This document shows positions 7,466 through 17,200 of a stretch of 42,304 bases of DNA, one piece after another (within the stretch, counting starts at the first letter, position 1; each line of letters begins with the position of its first letter). Made by a program: the position numbers and the translations under genes. Origin of the DNA: Armatimonadota bacterium (lineage in GTDB: Bacteria; Armatimonadota; UBA5829; DTJY01). Under the pieces are notes generated by a model. It saw nothing but the letters and a program-made list of their open reading frames with translations, made no database searches and was not told the origin of the DNA. The DNA is taken from positions 1-42,304 of the forward strand of contig DASRZD010000208.1 in NCBI GenBank assembly GCA_035686805.1, given 5' to 3'.

Positions 7466-9469
7466 CTCAAACATGATCTTCTTCTGCGATTGCGACCATA
7501 CGGCGATCAGTTCTCTGTCACCCACCATATGCCCCAGCTCGACCTCCAGGTCGTTATACGAGAGAGTGCCGAAGTCGTTGTAGTACGACCGGAAGCCAAG
7601 TCGCCAATCCCGGTTCAAACGATAGCTGAGGTCGCCGAGGAGGTTAAGGGAACTGTAGTCCAGTCCCTTGATCGCATAGACCGAGGCCCGCCATTTCGCC
7701 CCGTCGCCGAGTCGAAGCAGCGCCGAAAGAGTCTGCCTCCTGGTCTCGAACACGGGAATGGGATTGATTACACTTGCGCTCGTCCTGGTATAGTACAGAT
7801 TCGGCCTGTCGCTAAACCGGTAGTTCAACTGGAAGTTGCTGTATTTGGCCAGTTTCCAGTCCAGCACGGCAGTCCCCTGGGTTGAAAGCCCCTGAATCTG
7901 CGGGTTCCCCCACACATAACCGAAGCCGGCAGAGGTTCGAAGTGACAGACTGTTGGCCAGATGCCACGGAGCAGAGTACATGTTGCCCTCCAGCCTCTGG
8001 TTGCTGTCTACGGTAGTCGTCGGCACAAAATCCGTTCCCGTATATCCTTCCGGAGCACTGGTATACGTGTAGGATCGGTTGAACCTGGTTGAAAGGTTAT
8101 ACCGAAGGCCGCTCTTCCCGACAGGCTTCGAGTTGGTCTGGACGACAAGATTGCCAATGATGGAACTCGTGCCCACGGATGGGTATTTGTTGCCGAACAA
8201 GTTGAGGCTCGTGCTGAAACCATTGAACGCCTTGTTCAGGGTCATATTGCCGTAGACGGATTGATGGGCCGCATAGTCGAGGTACATGTAGCCGCTCATT
8301 TGCTTTGCCAGGTTTTGGGAATGCGAGAAGCGCGCGCCCCAGTCATTATTCGTGACGCGGTTGAGCGTGAAGGTTCCTTGCGAGCGATCCGTCTGGTATT
8401 TCTCGCGAAGGTCTATGAACCATCCAGGCTTCTGGCCGTAACTCCCCCACCCCGTGCTTTCGCCATGACGCACCAGCAGCGCCCCGCTGGATCTGGGGCT
8501 GAGTGCGTAGTAGAAGGGCAGGTTCAACGTCAGGCCGCCCGTGCTGTATCCCACATACTGCTGCCCGTCCTCGGGAATTCCAGTCAGCGAGAGGACGTAG
8601 TTCGGCAGCGAGATCGTGCGCTTGGTCTCGAGATACACATTCGCCCGCTTGAATAGGATCTTATCATTGGGGAAGATGGTCGCGGACTTGGCCTTGACCA
8701 GGATTGCGCTGTCGGCGAGGTGCTTTATGTCAAACTCCTCTGGCGAATAGAAGGCCTCCTCTGAGCTGATCTTCGGCAGGCCTTTGGAGATATCCACAAC
8801 CTGCACGGCGCCCGTTTTCGCCGACAGGAGCAGCCCTCGGAAAGCCATGATGTCGCAGGAGAACATATTGCCCTCGATCATCCCGTCGGCAGTCTTGATC
8901 TTCACCGGATGGTCTCGATCCTGCCACCGGGCGACGATTCGTCCCCTGCCCAGGTCCACCTGCGCCTCGTAGGCCTCCAACTCAAGCGACCGATAGCGTA
9001 TCTTCACGTTGCCGAGCGCCTCCAGTACCTTGTGGTCAATGCTGTAGGCGACATAATCCTCGGCATTCACATCTATGTACTGAGGCCCTTTGATCGCGGC
9101 AGTTTCCTCACCGAAGTCCACATTGATCTGAGCGATGGCCTGCCCCTCGACCCAGCTTGCCGTTATGACGCAGGTCCCCGCAATATCGGCGCTGATGAGC
9201 TTGGCCCTCGCTGTGCCGGCCGATGTCGTTACCACATCTTCGATAACCCCGAGAGACGCGGTGAACCGGATCTCAGTCCCGTCCGGGACCAGGTTTCCGT
9301 CCTTGTCTCTCACCTCGGCGGTGATTGTGGCCAGACTCTTGCCGTCCGCCGCAATGGACCTGGGATTGGATGACAGGTCAATGCTGCCGACCCCTCGATC
9401 TGCTGCGAGTGGCCCGGCGATGGAGAAAACGAGGAGGCCGATTGCGGTGACCAATGCTTTTATGCGCAT
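7445..9469 (-). CDS. Outer-membrane protein: signal peptide + Big_1 (invasin/intimin-type Ig) domain + OstA/LptD-like N-domain + large beta-barrel (operon gene G)
   Basis: Signal peptide MRIKALVTAIGLLVFSIAGPLAA. Big_1-like SIAADGKSLATITAEVRDKDGNLVPDGTEIRFTAS...GTARAKLISADIAGTCVITASW. OstA-like LEALGNVKIRYRSLELEAYEAQVDL. About 400 aa of alternating Y/F/W/G/N-rich beta-strand sequence end in ...FELGSGGF, the terminal aromatic residue typical of OMPs. Confidence 0.7.
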   Translation of the reverse strand: MRIKALVTAIGLLVFSIAGPLAADRGVGSIDLSSNPRSIAADGKSLATITAEVRDKDGNLVPDGTEIRFTASLGVIEDVVTTSAGTARAKLISADIAGTCVITASWVEGQAIAQINVDFGEETAAIKGPQYIDVNAEDYVAYSIDHKVLEALGNVKIRYRSLELEAYEAQVDLGRGRIVARWQDRDHPVKIKTADGMIEGNMFSCDIMAFRGLLLSAKTGAVQVVDISKGLPKISSEEAFYSPEEFDIKHLADSAILVKAKSATIFPNDKILFKRANVYLETKRTISLPNYVLSLTGIPEDGQQYVGYSTGGLTLNLPFYYALSPRSSGALLVRHGESTGWGSYGQKPGWFIDLREKYQTDRSQGTFTLNRVTNNDWGARFSHSQNLAKQMSGYMYLDYAAHQSVYGNMTLNKAFNGFSTSLNLFGNKYPSVGTSSIIGNLVVQTNSKPVGKSGLRYNLSTRFNRSYTYTSAPEGYTGTDFVPTTTVDSNQRLEGNMYSAPWHLANSLSLRTSAGFGYVWGNPQIQGLSTQGTAVLDWKLAKYSNFQLNYRFSDRPNLYYTRTSASVINPIPVFETRRQTLSALLRLGDGAKWRASVYAIKGLDYSSLNLLGDLSYRLNRDWRLGFRSYYNDFGTLSYNDLEVELGHMVGDRELIAVWSQSQKKIMFELGSGGF

Positions 9470-9485
9470 AATCTCTAAGTAAAAT

Positions 9486-9520
9486 GGCCCGTGCCTGCCA
9501 CATGCGGCAGACTCCGGGCC
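9486..9520 (-). terminator. Strong GC-rich stem-loop between operon genes F and G (partial terminator, attenuator or mRNA-processing structure)
   Basis: Minus strand reads GGCCCG gagt CTGCC gcatgt GGCAG gca CGGGCC followed by AUUUUAC. The U-tract is short, so read-through is likely. Confidence 0.4.
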
Positions 9521-9549
9521 CCGATAATCTACGTTTCCTGACTAGCCTG

Positions 9550-10356
9550 TCACTTACCCCCGATGAGAAGCCCCAACAGGGCCGCCGCTATCATCGCCGG
9601 CAGCAAGCCCTTACCAGACTTGCGAGTCTCGGTCACGAACACGACCGGGTGGGCAGCAATATCCTCCTCTGCAGAATCAGCAACAACTACCTCCAGCGTG
9701 GCCTTGTTGATATCCGTCAGAAGCTTCTGTGCCAAATCGTAAGTCGCCGCAGTACCGATTGTCATCTCATTCGAATCGTCCATGGAAGCCTGTCCATTGG
9801 AAACGAACCTGTATAGCTCCTTGCCGCTGTTCACATCTATCAGCAGGAGCGTCGCCGACATGTCCACTTTCCCAGGGGCAGCCGGCTGCCCAGGACCGCT
9901 TTTCCCTGCCTCATACACATACTTATCTATGGAGCCTAGAATGGCCAACTGGCTTCCGGTGAACCTCGCCAACTTCAGCGCCCGAGCAGCACCCGCGGGA
10001 TCCGTATCGATCGCTGACACGATCTCCTTCTCGTCGCACTTCTGCTCCCTCACTGCGCGTTGAATGGAAGCTATTCGAGGCTGGAACTTGATTGCCGAGT
10101 AGGCTCTATTTGCGGCCACGCCCTCCGCAACGAGAGAGAACAAGTCCCTGGAAAACTGGGCTACGGCATCCGCTTGTGGACCAGGCTGCATGGCAGGCAC
10201 TGCCAATGGGAAAAGCATCAGTGACTTCTTTGTCGTCGGGAATTCCTGCCCGAACGCCGTCTGCCCCATAAGCAAAATGCAAAAACCAAGCAATAACCCG
10301 ACGCCAATTACCTTTGACCGCTTCAATATCCGACGCTCCTGTCTTGAGATGCTCAT
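9550..10356 (-). CDS. Secreted CsgG/LpoB/FlgO-superfamily-like protein with a C-terminal hydrophobic helix (operon gene F)
   Basis: Signal peptide ending ...LLMGQTAFGQE. Then SLMLFPLAV..., ...QLAILGSIDKYVYE..., and the C-terminus KGLLPAMIAAALLGLLIGGK. Paralogous to 10385-11212 and to the N-terminus of 23450-25429. The fold assignment is inferred from motif pattern only. Confidence 0.6.
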   Translation of the reverse strand: MSISRQERRILKRSKVIGVGLLLGFCILLMGQTAFGQEFPTTKKSLMLFPLAVPAMQPGPQADAVAQFSRDLFSLVAEGVAANRAYSAIKFQPRIASIQRAVREQKCDEKEIVSAIDTDPAGAARALKLARFTGSQLAILGSIDKYVYEAGKSGPGQPAAPGKVDMSATLLLIDVNSGKELYRFVSNGQASMDDSNEMTIGTAATYDLAQKLLTDINKATLEVVVADSAEEDIAAHPVVFVTETRKSGKGLLPAMIAAALLGLLIGGK

Positions 10357-10384
10357 CCTCGACTAGACACTCCCCTATTATACA

Positions 10385-11212
10385 TCAAAACGGCGGTGCT
10401 GGAGGAGTGTCATCAGTAACCGGCGCAGTTCCCGACCCGCCGCTTCCACCACCGGATCCGCTGAGTAGTAATCCAACCCCCAGCGAAAGCATCAATGCCG
10501 GAATCCACGATTTCTTGCTCGACTTTTCTGATTTCACTATGATTGTTCGGATCGGTTGAGGCGCTTGATACTCGTCTCCCGTTATCCCTTTGATCAGCTT
10601 TCGCCCTGCATCTTCTATGGCGGCCGTTCTGACCTTCGCCTCACCTACGCCCGTGTCACCTGCGGCCCGCACGGCATGTCCCTCGAACGGAATATCCCTG
10701 ATGGCCCTTCCCACTCTCCCATCGAGAAGCCTGACCTTCCCGGTGACATCGGCTGTTCCCGCTGTGCCGTTGAACACATACCTGTCCACAGAGCCTACGA
10801 TCAGGATGTTGGCAGACATCGCCTTCGCGAGCATTACCGCTCGGCCAATGGCCGCTTCGTCCGCGGCGAAGGGGCCCTGAGTGGCCGTCTTCTTGTCAGG
10901 CTGCAGCAAGACCAGCCGCTGAACGGCCGGAAGCCGCTCTGAAAACGCTACCGCGCGAAATCTCGGGCTGACGGAGAGCCCATCCCTTAGGAATAAGTTC
11001 AGCTCCGGCACAACCTTCGAATCACCCACCCCCGCCCCCGAATCCAGCGGGAACACGACTATGGACTGGGGTACCGATTCTACTCTCTGGGCTGCAAACG
11101 CCCCTGCAGAGAGATACGGCACTGCCACTATGCTGATCATCAGCCAGGCTAGATATCTATACGCTCGCAGCTTGACCATTGTTTGCATCTGAGTTGCCTC
11201 TTTCTTCAGCAC
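10385..11212 (-). CDS. Secreted CsgG/LpoB/FlgO-superfamily-like protein with a C-terminal hydrophobic helix and Gly/Pro tail (operon gene E)
   Basis: The GTG start overlaps the stop of the giant gene (TAGTG); an alternative ATG lies at 11188 after GAGG. Signal peptide ...LSAGAFAAQ. Then SIVVFPLDSG..., ...ANILIVGSVDRYVFN..., the helix WIPALMLSLGVGLLLSG, and the tail SGGGSGGSGTAPVTDDTPPAPPF. Confidence 0.6.
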   Translation of the reverse strand: MLKKEATQMQTMVKLRAYRYLAWLMISIVAVPYLSAGAFAAQRVESVPQSIVVFPLDSGAGVGDSKVVPELNLFLRDGLSVSPRFRAVAFSERLPAVQRLVLLQPDKKTATQGPFAADEAAIGRAVMLAKAMSANILIVGSVDRYVFNGTAGTADVTGKVRLLDGRVGRAIRDIPFEGHAVRAAGDTGVGEAKVRTAAIEDAGRKLIKGITGDEYQAPQPIRTIIVKSEKSSKKSWIPALMLSLGVGLLLSGSGGGSGGSGTAPVTDDTPPAPPF

Positions 11213-14200
11213 TACTTGTTCAGGTAGTCTATGCGGAATGATCTACTCGCGCCACCCGCATCTGCCCTGAACCGGTATGAGCCTCCAGGAATGATGACCA
11301 CTGACTTGTTCTCTGCAAGGTCCACGAGTACCAGCTTGACATTCGTGGGCACATCCTCGAGGTCGCTCCATTCCAACACGACCTCGCCTTCCCGGTCAGT
11401 ATTCACATTGAACTGCCAGGAATCGCCTACTGACAGGTTGCCTTTGAGATCCGAAGCGTACATCCCGTTCTTGCTATCGGTGAAGTATAGATCCACGAAT
11501 CCCTCGAAACAACCGGGACTCTCAATGCGCTCGTCACCTAACCGGCTTGCGCCGAAGTAATTGTACTGATCCTTGAGCTGACCATTCCGGGCAGTGATCC
11601 TGACCTCCCACTTGGCGGCGCTCATAGGGACGCTCTGTATCTCCTTTTCCATGCTGGATGCGGCGAGATCGCCGCTCACACTCCGGAAGCCGGGGATCAC
11701 CAATGTGCAGTTCACGTTGGCTTTCAGCCAGTATCCCTTCCACGGTATCAGCGTGTCGCTGCTGGATGCTCTTACGAGATTGTAGTTGCCTGTACCCTTG
11801 TCATACATCCAGCCGTAGTCCTTTATCCAGCCACTGGCGGCTGCTGTTGCCAGACTGACGTTGTTCGTCACCCCGCCCGAGGTATACTTGACCCTCAGAG
11901 CGCTCCAGTTCACTTCACGGGTGAATGGACAACCAATCTGATTCCAGCCCGCCCCCAGAGGAATGTTGTAGTCCTGGGTATCGTCCACCAGTATTCCTGC
12001 CGGCGCAATCACTTTCGATTCCAGCGTCTTTATCCAGTATCCCTGGCCGGTAGCGATTGCAGGGAAGTCATAGTCGGTCCTGATCCCCGGCAGCAGAGAA
12101 TACAGCTTGTAGTCTTTCTTCGCAGGCAGCCACTTCGCTAGCGCGAATGGCGGATTTGCCCCGAAGACGCCGTCCGGGAAGATGCTGATACCGGTTAGAG
12201 GTATCGAGATCATATCCAGACCGCTTACCGTGGTTGACGGACCTGTCACGGTAAATGACCTGACGAGTGAATTACTCACCTTGTACTGGCTGTTTCCGGG
12301 CCATGACGCCATCACCGACCACACGCCGGTAACCTTGGGTGTCCAGGCGTATTGATAGTAACCGTCTGCACCTGAATGCACAGTCACGTTGGTTGTTGCG
12401 CTGCCCCCTGGCTTCGTCACCGCGAGAGTCAAGTCAACCGACAGGGGCACATTGCCATAGCCCTTGATGTACCCGGCGGCAGTTACCTCCTGGCCTGCCA
12501 CGGAATTCGTCATGGCATTCAGCGTGATGTTTGCCGAACCTCGTTCCTCAACAACCGGAACGCCGTTCACCGTTGCAGTAGTCACCTCTGTCAGCCAGTC
12601 CGAAGCCTTGAAGAAGTAGGAGTGCGTCCCTGCGTCAAGCTCATTCGTGACGAACTCGTATTGAACTCCACTCGCATAGTCATCAGACGGAAGGACCTTC
12701 TCCATCTTATGCGCACTCGTCAGGCCCGCTCCATCAATGTATACTTCGACAAACTCAGGCTCATCATTGTCGGGGTCATCCTTGTAAGTGACCTGGTACG
12801 TGTAGGCATCCAGGTCATAACCCGAAGTGGGCGTCACACTGCCATTGAGCAACTTCGGCCATCCGGCGGTGTTGGCATGTACATCAGGCCCACTGATCTC
12901 CACGATCGGCGTGGGAGGAAGCGAGCTGGTAGAGTTCTTAACTGGATCCGGTGCATTCGGATCTGCCGCCTGGGCTTCCTCCATGTCCCGAACGTCCTGG
13001 TCGTACCAGGCGTATCCGTAGCCGTCGGTGGCCTCGAAGTAGAATTTATGCGGACCTACGGTCAGAGCATTCTTGCTCGTCGGATACGAGTACACGACAC
13101 CATTTGTGTAGTCTGCGCCCGGCACCGGAACGCTGATCTCCACAGGCGCGTTGCTGTCAATATACAGCTTGATCGAAGCCGGCAGATTGCCGTCCGGATC
13201 CGCGTATTTCACCTTATACTCGTAGACTCGGCCGGAATTCCCCGTGGTAGGTGTGACCAGACCACCGGTCAGTATCGGGGGCCTGCTGATGTAGGCCGTG
13301 AAGTTTGTTGACGACGGCAGTCTCACTATATACCATCCGTCCGAGGCCTCGAAGTAGAATTGATGAGCGCCCACCGTACTCAGGCTCATTGTGTAGGAAA
13401 ACTCGACGCCGAGCGAATACAACGGCGCTGGATCGCTGGTGGACATGGGATATGTCTTCCATACGCCCGGAGTCTCTTCGATAACGAGGTTTATGTAGCC
13501 GACTACCTGTCCGTTCGAGCTGGGTGGATCCCCATTCTCGTCCGTATAAGTCACCGCAAATCGGAACGGTGTGCCTGCCGTGCCCGTCTCAGGTGTTGAG
13601 CCGCCGCTGGTCAGGGTAGGCGCAACGTTCCCCGGCGGTGCGTCTTGTGTAACGACAGGGCCGGCCATGTCACCCGTTGACGGGTATCTGAGAGTATAGT
13701 CCTCAGTCTGACCTGGCATGATCTGTTCCGTCGTGACCGCTTTGAAGTGCGCCTCGTGCGTCCCCATACCGAGAGACGGCACTTTGGCCTTGTAGATCAC
13801 ACCACCTATGTCACTGTAGACCTGATCCGTCTCATCCAGCTTACTCATCAGCAGCTTGCCTATGGTGAACTCGCTGCCGGCTGGGACCATGCTGGCCAGG
13901 TCGGATGTCACCAGAGTAAGGGTGTCAGTCGTGTTCGACAGGATCTTGTATACAATGCGCTGGCTTGTCCCTGCCAGTGTGATCTGGACCGGCATACCGG
14001 CGAACTGGTCCGGTATCCAGTTCTCACTCGGGTTGCTGCTCTTAATGGTGTTGTCAGTGACGGCCAGTGCGGTTCCATTCCAATCGATTCCATCCGGATT
14101 ATCCACGTAGACTACCGGATAGCCCGTATTCGGCGCCTCATTATCATTGTCGCGATATGTGATCGAGTAGGTGATCGCCTGAGTGGTAGTCACGCTCCCC

Positions 14201-17200
14201 GCAGGATTTATCATCGGCGACGTGAACGTCGGCCGGTCGTTGACATACGGACCTTGTATCGGATCAATCGCTGTGGTACTCGGATCGGCCTCAAATACCG
14301 CCAAGGCCGAGCCGTCCGACGCCTCGAAGTAGAAGGAGTGATTCCCGCTGGTAAGATGCATGGAATGGGTATAAGTGACCCCTTCCCTGTACGTGTCGCT
14401 TCCCGTGGCATTCGTCATCGGAAGGGTCTTCCCATCAATGATCGCATTTACGAAGTTGGGTCGCTGGTCATCGAGGTCCTTGTAGGACACGGTGTAAACG
14501 AAGTTGGTCGAACTCTGACCCTTGGCAGGCGCCACCTGGCCGTCATACAACTGAGGCTCGTTATTGCCGCCAACCGCCAGCGGGCCCGTGGCCCCCGGCT
14601 CCGAGCCGAACCAATATTGTGAGGATATCGGCAGAGTAGGCGTGAAAGTCAGAGTGATCGATCCGGCAACGTTGTCAATCGTGTACAGAGTGCTGCTTAC
14701 CAGATTCGAGCCGTGGTAGATCAAAGGCGATGCGTAGTTTGTCTGGACCAGCAGATCCGCATTTGCCGGCACATCGGTGACAAGCGGATGATGCACGAAG
14801 TTGAAGATCTGCGGATTCGCCGTTGAAGTCAGCGTTTCGGCGCCAGGCAGGCTAATCTGCGGCTTCCATACCATGCCCGAGCTTGGGGACGTTGACACAT
14901 TGTAGTATGCCTCATCAACACCATCCGATGCCACAAAGCAGTGGTAATACTTCTTTGGCGTAGTGCTGTCGCCTGGCAGCCTGGTGGAGTAATAGAACTG
15001 AACACCCTTGTTATATACAGTGTCCTGATCATCCACTTGCTCTATCGTATGACCGCCGTCCCAAACGATGGGACCGCTCGGCGGGTTGTCCTGCCGGCCG
15101 ATGTATACCAGTTTGTAGTACGGCGGCTGGTTGTTCGCGTCGGTATACCAGACGTTGTAATTCCAGATGGTAGCCTCATTTGACGTGCCATCAGCCGATA
15201 TGACACTTCCGCTGGTGAGTCTGGGAGCGGTATTGTCGGTGATTTGGAAGCTGCCGGCCGGGCTGGTGCCGTTCGCCGGCGCATATACCGTTTCTCCGGC
15301 GATATTGTCATTGTTCTCGACCGGGCTACCCCAGTTATCGGTGAACGCGAATCTGTACTGCCTCTGGCCAACCTGCAGTCTCAGCCCAGGGGCGCTGGAC
15401 GTGTTCCATTCATAGATCACCCCATCCGAGTACAGCCGGGTAAGGTTATCGGCCGGGATACTGGGGTCATCCGGATTGGGCTTGGCTTTGTACATGCTCC
15501 CAGTGTAGGTATTACCAGCGTCATCGGTCTGAATGATGATATCCAGCCCCGGCACAGTCCCGGTGCCTGGGAAAGGCCGCTGGTTGTCGGCATCCTTATA
15601 GGTAATTCGGAACCGGAAGTTGGTGCCGGTTGGTCCGCTATTCGGGAAAACGCTCCATGAGTTGTTCACAAGCTCCGGCTTGGTGTTGATCCACGGGCCG
15701 TTGATAAGATCGTTGTCCACCGGAGTATTCTGATCGCCCAAATCAGGATTAGGCGACTTGTTGGGCAGGACAGTCTCATAGAAGACGCCGCCGTCGTACT
15801 CGGTGGCATCCATTCGCCTGGGATAGCGGCACACGTGGGCTTTCACAGTGGCCGTCCTGCCGTATCGCTCGTCCGTCCACTGCTGATCGGCCGCTTCAAA
15901 ATAGTAGCAGTGCGGCCCTTTCGTGAGCTGCGTGTATTGGCCTGGTTGCAGTAGAACCAAGCTCGGGAACGACAATCGGCATTCATAGGAGACGCCGGTC
16001 TTGTACACATCGTTTTGATACTCGTTACCGGTTACGCCCTGGCCTGGCGAGGGCTGCATGACGCTATATCCCCATGGCTGTCCGTCCTCGGCATTCCACC
16101 CGTTCTTGACATACAAGCGGACGTAACTGGGAGCGATACCCGCTGACTGCCAGTAATTCACCTTGAACGTAAACACGTCGTGATCTGTACCGCCCGCGCT
16201 CTCCGCCCAGAGCCTCATATCGGAATAATCCTGACCAGGTACCGACGGAATCACGGCTTTCTTGTACGGAGACAGGGTGCCGAGGAATCTCTCACCGCCT
16301 GCCAGGCCGCTGATCTCGAACAGGCCGGGGTTAACCACCGGGAACGTGAATGCCTGATAGTCGACGGTTACGCCATCCAACCACCGCGTGACGCTAGGTT
16401 CCGTACTTTCTCCGACCCATGAGTCATACGGATACCCGGATGCCCATGCGCCCGGCATATAGGTCTGTTTGTCTACGTAACTCCCCGGACGTACGGCGCC
16501 CGCATCGTAGAATCTGGCTGTGTTATCTATAACGCCCCATCCCCAGAGCAGTGGCCACGTCGGCTCAGATATTCCGGATGTCCCCTCAACATAACAAACG
16601 TATTTATGGCCATTCGTAACCGTGGGTACCACGAAATCACCGAGGTAATAATGCGTCGAAGCTGTCCAGGTAGTGGCGCTTGGCGGACTGTCGAACGAGA
16701 GGGCCCTCTTGTAGTTGATCCCATCGGCATAGTCGAACAGGAAATCATGCGGCGCAGGCGCCGTCGGGAGTGGAGGCGTCTCCTCCAGTTGCGGCCAGAC
16801 TGTATTCTTCATGTTGTCAATTGCCCACGCGGAGTAGTCGTCATCCGAACAGGCAAAGTAATACTCGTATCGTCCGGGCGGAAGTGCCTCATAATAATGG
16901 TTGGTTTCATACGTGCTCGCCCACGTAGTATTCCAATGATCGCTGCTCGTCTTGATCAGACCGCCGGTGGTCGGCCCAACCCTAAGGACATAGTCTATCG
17001 GTACAGTCGAGTCATGGTAGTTGCCAGTCTCGTCCTTCTCCTTGTACATGTGGTGACCATGGAAGTATTTCCAGTACTGCTGCTCCGGTACGTACATCTG
17101 CCCGTCCCAGACCAAGGTGGTTGGCAGATTTGCCCAGTCGAGATTGCGGAGGTATAACATCACTCCACTCTCCAGAGTCGTATAGTTCCAGGTGTCATTC

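Noticed and set aside
12376-14622. Long plus-strand ORFs (311 aa and 291 aa) inside the giant gene. Similar antisense ORFs occur in uvrA (971-2047, 2969-3607), uvrB (5439-6335), gene C (19430-20149), gene B (21963-23000) and gene A (23846-24955).
   Set aside because: All lie antisense to genes with strong protein signatures, lack an RBS, and encode Arg/Gly/His/Pro-biased sequence. They are shadow ORFs.
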